From contig CM075990.1 of NCBI GenBank assembly GCA_038087875.1, positions 10,168,001 to 10,232,000 of the forward strand: a DNA stretch of 64,000 bases, written 5' to 3'. The first letter of the stretch is position 1. The number at the start of each line of letters is the position of its first letter. Below are positions 1 to 12,290 of this stretch, piece after piece. Below the pieces are notes generated by a model, which did no database searches, had not been told where the DNA came from, and saw only the letters and a program-made list of their open reading frames with translations. Source of the stretch: Malacoraja senta (Eukaryota). The position numbers and the translations under genes are program-made.

Positions 1-29
1 TAGAAACCTAACACCTTTATTACTAACCC

Positions 30-225
30 TCACCTTCCCTCCTGGACAATTTCCTTTTTCTTTCTTCCTTTCCTCACGTCCTCACTTTATTTTAGTTCCC
101 CTTCCCATTTTTCTCTCCCTTTCACATTCCTTCCTGCATTTCTCATCTTCTGTTCATTCTCTCCCCCCTTCTCTTTCTTTCCCCTTCCTCATTCCTTATT
201 TTCCTTGCCACTCTCCAGCATTTAT
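30..225. repeat. CT-rich low-complexity tract
   Basis: Almost purely pyrimidine (ttcc/ttct runs) on the + strand. Confidence 0.8.
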
Positions 226-1204
226 TAATCCATTTGCTTTACATTTCCTAATTCCGACGTCTTCATTAGGCAAGCTGCAAACGTTTACCACATACTAATG
301 ATGCTCATTCCTTTCCGCTGTGCATATTGTTTTGCTTCATCATCTGTAATAAATGCTTTAAAATCTCTTCTAATTTTCACCTTGGTGTGGACAATCAATG
401 GCAATAAAGCAGGAAAGAATGGCCATGATATCCAGTCAAATACCCCATCCCCCTCCTTTGCAAACAACTCAACGACTCACCCTAAGCTGGTAGTTGTTTA
501 GAAGCCAAGGCAATGGATGATGTTATGGTTCAGTTACAGAGCAGCTCACAAGACTGATAACATGCCTATTTACCAAATGCTTAAATGTTAAAATCCTAGA
601 TCATTAACTTGCTTTATCCCCAACATCAAAATCCACACTAATTCCAAGGAGGAATGAATCCAGTTTGGCTCAGGGGCTTTAAAGTGCATAACAGAAGTAA
701 ATTGAATTGTAGCTTTGATTGCTGAAAGCGGTTCTGAGTATTGAGGTTAGAGCAATATTAATAACAGCATTGCAGTTGGTTTGCTTTGCAGTTCTGTTTA
801 CAATAAACCATAATAACTAATGTGAAAGAACCAACACATTTTAAGTGGTTTTACTCATGGTCTGGGAATAGTTTGGGCTGATATAATCTGCCAAATTCCC
901 AGACAGTGTTTTTGGACTAAAATTGTGCCGAAATGGATTCCGTACAAAACCTGAGATCTTTAAATTTAAATAATAATGAGACCAAATGTGCTTCTGATCA
1001 TCACCTGAACACATGAAAAAGCCAGCATGTCATGAATTGTCAATGTTCCAACGAATCTATTTATCTGCAAATATTGGCATCGTTGCCTTTACAAAGTTCA
1101 GAGTTAATATGAATCATGTCTTGTTCTGCACCTTTATTTGTTTTCTTTGGACACTTTCTACTGCAGTAGGAGCAGTGGATATTTTTGTGCTGCTTCGTAT
1201 TGGA

Positions 1205-1265
1205 GTCATAGAGTCATACAATGTGGAAACAGGCCCTTCGGCCCAAATTGCCCTTACTGGCCAAC
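1205..1265 (-). mobile_element. Short CR1/HER1 3'-tail fragment
   Basis: gtcatagagtcatacaatgtggaaacaggcccttcggcccaa closely matches the 3' end of the CR1 at 61052. Confidence 0.7.
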
Positions 1266-2502
1266 AGTATTCTGTTGGGAAGTTGACTACTTGCTTGGTC
1301 TGACCTGTGGGTGAGACAAGAAGGACATTGGACACTCTTGTGTGCATGGGTGTTCTGCTATCAGGCCCAACAGCAATATTGGGGTCCACAGAAGCTAGTC
1401 CTCATCCCTCGGGGACCCAGGAGGCCAGCTGACAGTGTTAGGTCCCTGGCGGATGGCCAGCATCATCTTCCCGTAAAGACAGTCAGCAATGCCAGGAGTT
1501 CCAGGAGGCTGATTGGAAAAATTGCAAGTGGGAGCTCGGGAACATTGGCATCAAGATGTTGAGGTGGTGGTAGGAACTGGCATCAAACAGGTCATGGAGA
1601 ATGGCATCAGGGAGGGTAGAGTAACGGTTGGGTTTAGACATTCCTCACTTGCCTGCAAGTCCCCCTTGTGTGAATGTGTGTTGTACATGCACCTACTCGG
1701 CCTTGTCCTCCATGCAATGCTCTATAAGAAGTGATGCACACTGAATGATGGCATCATCTATGCCCTGATGCAGAGGTCATGTTGGGTCACGAGGGTGACC
1801 CATGGTCGCTGGTGTGTCCAATCACTTTGCAATCAACAATAGGCAATCTAACTCCCAAACACACTCTCCAGTCACACCAATGATTTAAGGCGGCAACTCC
1901 ACACCTTCGCACCCATCAGGGTCGGGCAATAAATCCTGAGCTTTCCTGTGCTAAGATGAGAAGACTGTCTGGAGACACGTTTTGAGAGCCGATTGCCTGC
2001 AGAGTCCCCGGCTCTGTGTGGAATTAGTTTGGCTCCTGATGCAGGATTTACAGCTTTACAGCCGTCTCCAAAAAAAACAGCTTCAAGTGAAGAACTGTAG
2101 TGTTTTACTGTTCAGCTACAAATACACTTCCACTCTTATAGTGATAGTCGACACCAACACAAATGGAATCTAGTTTTGCAGCAGCCAGCGAAGGAAATGG
2201 CCACACATTTTGAGGCCTATGTTGACAGCAGGTTCATGCAAATCCTTTGAAGTAGGGTTAATGCCAAGAGTGATGGTCAGGAAGAACACGCAGAGTGTTG
2301 GTCTAGACATGTTAGTCATGACCACATTTGCCTGCTTTACCTGGTGTTCATAACGCCAATCACGTTTAGTGAACCGTGTGGGTGCACACATGTAATCACC
2401 TCTCATGCGGCCCCAACTACAGTCCATCTCTACTTCTGCAGATAAAGCCACTGAGCTTCCTGCAGGATCAACCACAAAGAGCTGTAAAGAAGTTTATCCA
2501 AC

Positions 2503-2556
2503 CTTTCTTCCTGGGAGCCCGGTTATTCCTGGTTTTCCATGCAATCCTGGTTGCCC
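2503..2556 (-). CDS. Collagen exon, 54 nt: [18 protein letters not shown]
   Basis: ctctctttttgtatcag|GGGCAA...AGAAAG|gttgga; six Gly-X-Y triplets. Confidence 0.9.
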
Positions 2557-3517
2557 CTGATACAAAAAGAGAGAATTTGTTATTTTTTCCTTCAGCAGAA
2601 ACTATTTGCATTAATTAATACCACCTCAGCTGTTTTCATTTGAAGCGCCACTATTGAAGGGACATTTACTAGGGTGTGACACAGATCGACAACCGTTTGG
2701 TAAAAGTTCCCTTCATTATATAAACAATGTTTTCCTGTAAAAGCAACTCCTTTTTAAGCTTCCTGGCAACATCCTTTAAAGTTCCTGCAGCTCCATTTCC
2801 TGATTTGATTTGCTCTGTGTATCCCAGACTCATGCAGTTTATTGCAGTTGTCTGTTTAAGATTAGAACACAGAAATCCTGAGAGAAACTCAGTAAGGGAG
2901 TAGCAATAAAGAAATATATCGCAAAGGCTTGACATTGTGAGCGTGTCTGCCTCTCAGTGGTTTAACACCTGAAATGATAGTCAATTGCTCATGCCCTCAT
3001 TGCAATGCCCCATCACTTGCCGACTTTACCTTCCATTGCATTGGTGTCAGATTCTAAAATCCACACTTCAAATTGCTCAGCTATTCCACATCTGTCTCCA
3101 TCTTTAGGCTGCTCTGTAAACTCAAGCTCTTTGACCAAGATCTGCTTTGTGGTTTGGAGTCAAACTTTTACTGTGGCTCTTGTAAACTGGGATGTTTTAC
3201 TACAAGAAGTGTACTTATGCACAACCTTGCACCTGGATTCACAAAAGGGGATGGGAAAATAATTTGAAATGTTAAGGGAGAATATTCTTTCAAGAAATAT
3301 ATTGGGATCATTCCGCCAATATTTCCCAAGCTGGGTATGGAAAAAAACTTTTAATCAAAAGGACATTTCTGAAAATGTGTATACTTAAAAAAAAAGCATC
3401 TTTGCATAGGATATGTAAATAGTTAATATCAGACAAACAGTATAACATATTTAGCTAAACAAAACTACACTGTACCTTGGTATGTTTTCTTTGATTAATA
3501 GAAATTTAGAATTTTCA

Positions 3518-3820
3518 GGGATGGCACAGTGGTGCAGTGGTAGAGTTGCTGCCTTACAGCAACAGAGACCTGGGTTTGATCTTGATTACAGGCGCTGTCT
3601 GTGCAGAGTTTGCACGTTCTCCCTGTGACCACATGCGTTTTACTCCGGGTGCTCTGGACATTCCAAAGACATGTAGGTTTGCAGGTTAATTGGCTTCTGT
3701 ACATTGTCTCTTGTGTGTTGGATAGAACTAGTGTATGGGGTCAATGTTGATCAATGCGGACTTGTTGGGCCGAAGGACCTGTTTCTATGTTGTATCTCTA
3801 AACTGAACTAAAACAAAACT
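3518..3820 (+). mobile_element. tRNA-derived SINE, HE1/V-SINE type
   Basis: A-box-like tggtgcagtgg, B-box-like ggtttgatc, V-domain-like core gtctgtgcagagtttgcacgttctccctgtgacc, CR1-like end ggccgaaggacctgtttc and a (ctaaa)n-like tail. Confidence 0.85.
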
Positions 3821-5745
3821 ACTCATGGAGCTATTTAAATATCCAACATTAAGTCACAATGGCACAGAAATTGGTCCCTTGGCACACCAAGTACCCGCCA
3901 ACTGTCAAAATCACTATCATATTAATCCTACACATTTTATTCTCCTCGACATCCAATAAATCTCTGCAGTTATTTGTAACATGTTTATGTTCAAAGCCCA
4001 GAGAAAACCTGAACTTAAGAATCAGTGTACATAAATATAGTAGTCTAAATTGCTAACAGTCAGTCTGACTGAGGACAATGACTTTATGATACAAGTTTAA
4101 CCACAGATTGTCTCCTCTCTGTCTCTCTCTGAAGTAGTAGACCTATTTCCACAATGCCTGTAATGTTTACATCTGTAATGATTCTTTTAAGGTCAGTCAG
4201 TTAGTTCATGAGCTGTCTCTGATTCACAACTATTAATTGCTGCCATATTTCTAATTCAAGATGCTTGCCACTTTCTTTTTAATAATTAATGGGGGATTTA
4301 ACATCCACAGAATGCAATCCAGTCATTAATTTCAATGCTGTTTTGGGATCTCCAGGACAAATTACAGGTATTATATTGCACATCAAACATCAACAGTGTT
4401 TGGCTGTCTGTACGGTATTTTGGGGGCATTTTGAGTCATGAAAGGTACACGGCCAAGGAGGAGAAGCTCCTACTTGACTTGGAAATTGAGGAAGTCAAGC
4501 TGGGCGTCTTCCGTGTAATGTTTAGTGCTCTTGCAACCACACTGTGACTTCATGTTTCCTTTATAATCCATCAAAAGGGTTAGGCTGGTAATTACTTTGC
4601 ACAGATCCCAACACTTGTGTGATATGGTGATAAAACCAGCCAAAGCTGGGAGGCTGGCAGGTCCATTATTTAATGAGTGGGCCTTTAAAACTTGGCACAT
4701 ATCACTGATGTTCTTTTTGATCTCGCTCTTCTTTGAAGAATCTTTCTTTAACCTTCCTCTTCCTTTTGTGTATAGAATAGCCTCAATGTTTGATCACCCC
4801 ATCTTCTCTCTGAGGAAGTCACCGTTTTACTTTGCCAAAGAGGAAAAAACATTTCCTAAATGCACAATAACAGTTCACACCTTCTGGGCTTGTCCCGAGA
4901 CCTTTGTTCATCTTATGCATTGGAGGGGGAAAATACGACTACTTTCAATTTTTTCCCCTGTCTTATGAATCTACTTTCTGTACACTTTCTGGAAATGTTA
5001 TATATAAATCTATCCAGATTTATGTAAAAGTTCAATGACTGTATATGGCAAAAACTGACTATACAGTTCAACTGATCCATTGCGTCAATGAAGCCACACC
5101 TCCATCTCAACAACAGTGCCTAAAAACCTTTCCACCTTCTGCAATTAGACTGCAAAACTTTAGTAATCTAAGTAGATTCAGTTAAGGGCCAAACTATGAG
5201 GAAATCATAGTAAAACTCTCTCATGCTGACACTTACCTCCAAGGGGTAGTTGTCTAATTCTGTTATTAAGGTAGAACCACAAGCCAGAAGAAATGCTGCA
5301 AATAGATCTTAATTGTACCAAATCACCCCAACTTCAGAAATTAAATATGATGGAGTGGTCATGGGTTCATGAGTGGTCATATAGGTTCAAAATATACACT
5401 AGGTATTCCAAGACAGACCCTAATAAAGGGAAGGTTACTCCCATTGCTGAATGGATTCACTTTTGTCTATCCAGATTTATGAGTTAGTTCTTCTTGGGAT
5501 TAGTCTACCATATAATCCAGATTGGTTTGTAGCTACACAGTGTATATCCAACCATGATACAGTCAGCCTTTTAAACTGCATCATACTACGTATCTATTAC
5601 TCTCCTTAATTACCTAATTGTACTGAAAGGATATACCAAATCAGCAGTCCAAATTGCTCCTACCCAAAGGAGCAGGGCTGTAAGGTCTAGCCTGCATCAA
5701 CATCTAGCATGAGACAATGATGGGAGGATCACAAATGCAGGAGAT

Positions 5746-5951
5746 AGACACAAAATGCTGGAATAACGCAGCGGGACAAGCAGCATCTTTGGATAGAAGG
5801 AATGGGTGATGTTTCAGGTCGAGAGCCTTCTTCTTGACCCAAAATGTCACCCATTCCTTCTCTCCAGAGATGCTGTCTGTTTTTGCTGAGGTACTCCAGC
5901 ATTTTTTGTCTATCTTCGGTTTAAACTAGCATCTGCATTTCCTTCCTACAC
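5746..5951. mobile_element. Penelope-derived inverted (hairpin) element
   Basis: agacacaaaatgctgga... arm followed by its reverse complement ...ctccagcattttttgtct. Flanking direct repeat acaaatgcaggagat (5731-5745) / acaaaggtaggagat (5950-5964). Confidence 0.8.
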
Positions 5952-6319
5952 AAAGGTAGGAGATGTGATTTAAGGAAATAGACACATCCTACCCACCTTA
6001 ATTCCATCTCTTCCAGGTTGTCCACCATCTCCGGATTTTCCCTGGAAATAGAAGTTCAGTCTTTATTTGTGGCCAGAATGTTTGTTTCATGTGATTGCCA
6101 TGTATTGAGGTGATAGGCAAGGGCTGGCTAATGTTACTGTCACAGGGACAAGAGCTTTCATCCTTTCATGATGGCCATGGTTGTAATCCATGATCTGGAC
6201 CACAATCAACCTGATAGACGTCCTGTTCTCTCTTGCTTTCTCACTCTAGTATGACAAAATGTGTTTTGTATTTGTATATAGGCTTTAATCCTGTAAAATA
6301 CCCCAAAGTAGTACAGACA

Positions 6320-6625
6320 TAGCTGGATGAGCTTGTCCCTCACAGCTCCAGTGACCTAGGATGTTGGGCGCTATCTGTGTGGAGTTTGTACACTATCCCT
6401 GTGACTATATGGCTTTCCTCTGGGTGCACTGATTTCCTACCATCTCTCAAAGCATACGAGGGTCAGTAGGCTCAATGGCCACAGGGAATTGCCTAGTGTG
6501 TAAGTAAAGGGGTGCAGGGGGAAGTTGATGGGTATGTGGAGGGAATGGGTAGTTGGGAAAGTTTGTGGGGAATGGGATTGCCCTGAGAGCCGGAATTGAT
6601 TTGCAGCACTGAAATGGTCACCTCG
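6320..6625 (+). mobile_element. Older degenerate V-SINE/HE1-like copy
   Basis: cctcacagctccagtgacc...tctgtgtggagtttgtacactatccctgtgac core shared with the other SINE copies; boundaries approximate. Confidence 0.6.
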
Positions 6626-6949
6626 AATCATATGGAATTATGGAAATAGGGAAAGGACTGGAATGGGAAGCATGGTCTTAACCCAAGTCCGTGCACCAAA
6701 TGGCGTAGAGTGAGCAAAAGGAAAGCAGAAAGAAGTTTCAGTGGCTCACAGAGACAGGATGGAGTGATTACAACTGCAGATAGTCATGGGGCTGGAACAG
6801 AGAGAGTGTAGAGACTGTAGGGTTGAGGATCACAGTAGAGGGTTGGGGAGCATTGATGTTTAGTTAAGAATACGAATTTGCATTGTTGAAGTATTAATGG
6901 AGGAGAACCAATGTAGGTTAGTAAACATCAGTGTAGGTCAGGAGCAGGA

Positions 6950-7040
6950 TAGACACAAAAAGCTGGAGTAACTCAACGGGACAGGCAGCATCTCTGGAGT
7001 GAAGGAATGGGTGATGTTTTGGGTCGAGACCCTTCTTCAG
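6950..7040 (-). mobile_element. Penelope-derived terminal fragment
   Basis: agacacaaaaagctggagtaactc...gggtcgagacccttcttcag. Confidence 0.75.
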
Positions 7041-7079
7041 CCAGGAGCAGACAGCGCTATTGTTGCAACAGTACAGGGA

Positions 7080-7391
7080 GAAACAGTGGTGCAATCGTAG
7101 AGCTGCTGCCTCACAGCGCCAGATACACGGGTTCGATCCTGGCCATGTGTGCTGTCTGTGTGGAGATTGTATGTTCTCCATGTGACCATGTGGGTTTTCT
7201 CTGTGTGCGCCGGTTTCCTCCCACATTCCAAAGACGTGCAGATTTCTAGGTTAATGTGCTTCTGTAAATTGGCTCTAGTGTGGAGGATGTGAAAGTGGGA
7301 TGACATAGAACTAATGTATGTGTGATTGATGGCTGGCATAGACTCAGTGGGCTGAAGGGCCTGTTTCCATCCTCGATCTCTAAAATAAACT
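7080..7391 (+). mobile_element. tRNA-derived SINE, HE1/V-SINE type
   Basis: B-box gggttcgatcc, core ccggtttcctcccacattccaaagacg, end gggctgaagggcctgtttcc...ctctaaaataaact. Confidence 0.85.
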
Positions 7392-8469
7392 GTGCACGCC
7401 AGTACATTAAAAAAGTTAACCGAGATTGTTTCTTTTTCCAGGCACATGACACTTATGTTTATTAATCATGCATACCAGTGTTTTATTGTGTATAAAAAAA
7501 TACTAGAGTTGGGCTGCCTTTCCTAACAAATGCAAAATGCAGAAGGTTAAGCAGAAGCTGCTGGAATTGATATCATGAAAGCTGCATCCTAGCCAGCAAC
7601 GGCCTGTCCCAATCTGAACCAGAGTCATGCGGGAGAAACTAGGAATCTGCCATTTCATGATCTTTCCAATTGTAATCAGGAATCAGACACTTCTTCAGTT
7701 CCTGACTGGAAACAGTCAGTTTTGTGTGGGGTGAAGGAAGCCGATCAATTTTGTCCAAACATAGCTACCAGTCTGACCCACTACTTCTGGTGTAAAGCAC
7801 TAATCAATCTAGCTTTGCAATATAATTTGAAGCGGCTGTGGTCAGTGATGGATAAAATCCAATGACTCATTAAAAAGCAGCCAATTTCTTAAATTTCTTG
7901 GCCCTGGGGACACCAATTGAACAAATGCTATTGCACATCTGAAGGCACACTGCCCTGGATTTTCGGAGCAGTTGAATCATCTATTTTACTAGAGAAAGAA
8001 TGCAGTCAGGAATTTGAAGGAAACTTGTTGAGCCTCACTCTGTCAGTGGCTCCCCATGAACACAGACTCTGCAAAGCCCAATAACAAACCCCCAGTGCCA
8101 GCAAATGTCATTCTGTTGGAACTGAACCATTTTAGCACAAATGTCCATCTCCCGATTCTGCGCTTTGTTGCCCTTGCAAACATGCCCTAGCAAACGTAGC
8201 AAAATTGTAACTCAGGTAGTTCACGTCTGTCAGTGCCTGCGAAGCATTGCATCTCTGTAATTAGCACTCTGAGTACTCTTTGACACTGCTGAAATAATTG
8301 TGTTTGCAAAGCCTCACAACATCCTGGGTTTAGGCATTGGGACAATACAAACAGGAAGAAATGTAGAGGAAGATTAATTCTTAATTCCTTTGTCACGCGG
8401 CTGCTTGGCAAATGACAACAGTTCCAGAAGTCCGCAGGAAAGAGAAAAACGGTCAAAGCCAAAACTTAC

Positions 8470-8571
8470 TGGTAAACCGTCAGTCCCTGGTTTTCCTGAA
8501 TCCCCTGGAGGTCCTTTTGGGCCTGGAGGTCCAGGTGGTCCTGGGGAGCAGTTTGCTTGTCCTTGTTCACC
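8470..8571 (-). CDS. Collagen exon, 102 nt, NC2/COL2 boundary: [34 protein letters not shown]
   Basis: gtttcaatcccag|GGTGAA...TTACCA|gtaagt; lies inside supplied ORF 8374..8586. Confidence 0.95.
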
Positions 8572-8783
8572 CTGGGATTGAAACAACCACCATTAGAATC
8601 CACAAAGGCAGTGAGTGCCACTTCCAACAACTAGCTTGCTTTGTCAATTCAAGGAGTAAGTAATTAATATGATGCAGAGCAGCCAATAAGCATACTGCAT
8701 GACCAAAGAATGGGTTAATAGAGGTGGGAGGAATGAATACAGAGCAGAATAAAGTGGTGCCTAGCCACAGAAAAGGCATTTAC

Positions 8784-8849
8784 CTTGAGATAGAGACGTC
8801 TGATGATCTGGTCAGCAGGTGGTAGTATATTCAGTCGAGGTGTTGTAAA
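8784..8849 (-). CDS. Collagen NC2 exon, 66 nt: [22 protein letters not shown]
   Basis: ctaacgcctgttcag|TTTACA...CTCAAG|gtaaat, with a ctaac branch-like motif. Similar to COL25A1 ...SADQQLIKRRLIK and the same length as COL13A1 [22 protein letters not shown]. Confidence 0.85.
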
Positions 8850-9884
8850 CTGAACAGGCGTTAGCCAGAGTTCACGGATCAGTACAAAACCAAAGGTCAA
8901 GAGATGGTATGTTTGGTTTGGAAGGGAAAGGGGTAAATAGAGGAGGGAGGGAGGAGGGAAAAAGAGAAGAATGTTGAGAAAAAGCAGCAGAGCTCAGTCA
9001 CAGAGCGAAAGCCAGCAACAAAAATATTTATATGTGGGTGTACAGTTGGTGAAAGGAAAATAAATCTAAAACCTTTCATCATTTGCCAAATATTATAGCA
9101 AAAACAAACCAAGAAATTAAAACACTAAAACAATTTTTGTTTCACCAAAGGACTGCCCTCAGTATTCGTTGCTGGCTTTAGTAAAGAATATTTGGATCCA
9201 GTCTTATAACAAAGTGAACAAGGTTTTGTGTTCTAGAAATGGTCACCTGCCATTGGTATCATGGAATTCTCCCAATTAAATGTGAACTCCACTCATTAAT
9301 AGGGTTGCCAAACCTCCAGGACTGTCCAGCAATTTAAGATCAATTTCCTAGACGCTGCTAGTAGTAAAATCCCAGGAAGAATAAAATCACCGGGGTGTGA
9401 AAATGCAACTCTTTTAAAAAATTGGTATGCTCTGAAAAAAATTACAGGATATAGTGACTAAAGATTAATCAAAAATCATTCAATTGAGCAGTGGAAGTAT
9501 GTTTTCCTTTCCAAAGTGGCCTTGGAAAAATCAATCACTGATAAGATGGATATGATTTTTTTATACAGATGGATATGATGGGCCGCTTATAGTGGGGGAA
9601 TGGGAGCAGCATAACGGAAACAGGTGTCCATGAAATGAACCTTCTAGGAGTATGTAAAAATGAGTTGGTCAAATCAATGAGACTACATCAACAGGCTAGG
9701 AAAGTATAATATGTAATATTATACACGTATAATGGATTAATATCCAATCAGTGCTGGAAATAGATTTTTTGCATATTGCTTCACAAATCTAGCCAGTTGC
9801 AAAACCAATTTCAGGCTGTTTCCTAGGAACACAAGCCACTCTGTTGCAAGACGGACCATAATGACAGTGAAAGCACTCACAAAC

Positions 9885-9941
9885 CTTCACAGTCAGGATC
9901 TGATTTAGCCGCAGTGCTGCTAGTGAAGTCCCAGGGAACTC
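9885..9941 (-). CDS. Collagen NC2 exon, 57 nt: [19 protein letters not shown]
   Basis: ttacattctgtag|GAGTTC...GTGAAG|gtttgt; 19 aa aligning without gaps to recalled COL13A1 ECLSSMPAALRSSQIIALK. Confidence 0.85.
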
Positions 9942-11789
9942 CTACAGAATGTAACATAGAAACTAAGTGATTCTATCCAAGGGGCAGACAGAATCCGTTC
10001 AATACATATGGCTCAGAGAGTAGCTCTCTTATCTCTGTCAGGTTATTGGTGGTTATCCCACAACAGGATGAAGCACAAACATTTACAATGCACTGAGGTA
10101 CTAAGTGAGAACTGCATTGTCAGTGGTGACTTCTTTCAGATGATATATTACTCATTTGTCCTCTTGGTTGGTGTGAAAGAGCTTGTGACACTATATTGAG
10201 GAAGCGCAATGTCCAGGCCAAGTTTCATCCCCCACCTCAGAAAAAAGAGGATCACTTTGCTGTTTGTGGAAGCTTGTGATATGAAATTGCAAATGCTGCC
10301 CCATTTATAATGTTAAATGTACTTGGTGCTCCTATTTCCTCCCACATCCCAAAGGCATGTTGGTAGTTTATTTGGTGACTATACATTAACTGTTATTGTG
10401 GTTTAATGACAAAACAAATCGAAGGAGAATTGATGGGCATGTGTGAGAGGGACAAGTTTGGAGAGCAATCAGGAAAATAAGGAGACTGAGAATTTGATTG
10501 ATGGAATGGTCTATTGGGAACCAGTATGGGCTTGATGCATCAAAATAACCTCATTATGCATTGTTATAAGTATAAGATGAAAAGCACTTTTGGACATTAT
10601 GAATGAAAAGTGATAGGAATGTTTAACTTTAATATAGCCACTTGGTTTTTTTTTAAGTTACCCAATTACCCTCAATGCCCACAGAGATATTTTTTCATGT
10701 TCCTTGCAATGATCTCCTTTTCGCAAAGTATGGGTGTTTGTGACAGATATAGGGATAAAGAGTTCTTCAAATACCTAAGGCTGGTTTCATTCCAAAAGGG
10801 TAGAAATGCAAATATGAATAGCTTTGAAGGATTTCAAATATGAATAGCTTTGAAAGTGATTGACCAAGACTTTAAAAAATAATGATTTTGTTGTCCTACC
10901 CATATGCCATACCTACCCAAAACAAAGATCAGGGAGTCAGATGCATGCTTCCATTTCTATACCATCCATGTTAATGAACCAAACACAAGGGGAAGCGCGG
11001 ACCCACTCTTGCAAACCAATTACTGTTGCGGAACAATTTTTCCTGGGACTTTTTGACTTAAACAGTACAATCTCCACTAAATAATGAACTTGAGAGATCA
11101 TCTTGAGAGAACACATAATCTATCGCTCAACCTAATTATGCGAAATGAAGCCAATCAAAATGTTTTAACTAAAATACAGAATATATCTTAACTCAAACAG
11201 GAAGGAAAAATACAGATAGCAGAGAGCAATTTAAAGAAGATCGTCACAAAGGAATGTTTAGAATTTTGACACAGTTAGGGAAGGAACTTCATGTTTTTTG
11301 ACTTTGGGAGAGTTTATTATCTCCATGGTGTTAGAGTAGCAATTGCCTCTCCAGCAGCTATTGTAATGACAAAGTTTGGGCATTTAAAAAAACATACAGG
11401 AAAAACTCCTAAACTTAATACTGCTAAGTTATTTCCAAAAAAATAGAAAAAGCTTCATGCAGCATTTCTTAGATTGCATTGTTACTGTGAGGGTGACAGG
11501 ATAGATTCTGACTGCTTGGATTCAGTAAGATCTTTCCCTCCAACACCATTCTCCTTCTCTATTTCTATATCCCTTGATTTCTCTCAATAGCTAAAGAATT
11601 ATTGATCTCCATGGGATGACCAGGAAAGGATATGAAAGGGAGATGCAAAATTGATGTTCCTGGAAAGTGATTGAGCCAACACATTCATAAATGTTGCCAA
11701 ATGCAACCATTACACAAATCATTTATTTGGAAGCATGCTTCAGAAACTCAACCATCCATGTTAATGGTCAAAGCACAATGAGAAATATG

Positions 11790-12290
11790 GCCCTCCCCCC
11801 TCAAAAAGAGATTGCTAGGAAATTGACTGCTGTTCCATTCCACGTAACTATAAATATTGGAACATGAATTCTGAAGATCCACGCAATTGTGCAACAGCAA
11901 GTTTAAAATATGGTTTTTAAACCAGATCGATTCTTGGGAGGGCGGGTTTATGAGGTGAGAGTAAACAGACTGGATCTTCACTCCTAAGAGTTTAGCAGGA
12001 TGTGAGGTGACCTCATCGAAATGTACAGAATTCTTCAGCAGCTTTGCAACGTTGATGCAGAGTCAGTGTCTCCTCATTGGCAACTGGAGCCAGCGATCAC
12101 ATTCTCATAATAAGGGGTTAGCCATTGAAGAGAGGGAAGAGAAGAAATTTCTTCACCCAGTGGGTGGTGAAATTTTGAAATTCTCCACCAGAGATGACTA
12201 TGGAGAATCAGTCATTGTGAACTGTATATTCAAGACAGAGATCTATGGGATTTTAGATATTAAAGGAATCAAATGATGTGGGATTAGTCA
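11790..12290 (+). mobile_element. Old degenerate CR1 3' fragment
   Basis: Recognisable CR1 tail motifs (taataaggggttagccatt, aatttcttcacccagtgggtggtgaaa, attcaagacagagatc, attaaaggaatcaa); boundaries approximate. Confidence 0.6.

Noticed and set aside
1380-2460. GC-richer stretch with faint LINE endonuclease/linker-like motifs
   Set aside because: Too decayed to assign family, strand or boundaries by eye.
5230-5262. Strong minus-strand donor GAG|GTAAGT as an extra collagen exon
   Set aside because: The nearest acceptors give 17- or 23-nt non-Gly-X-Y exons that break frame; the 23-nt one has an in-frame TAG.
9300-9675. tagggttgcca start resembling a hAT-type terminal inverted repeat
   Set aside because: The matching right terminus is too degenerate and no TSD is visible.
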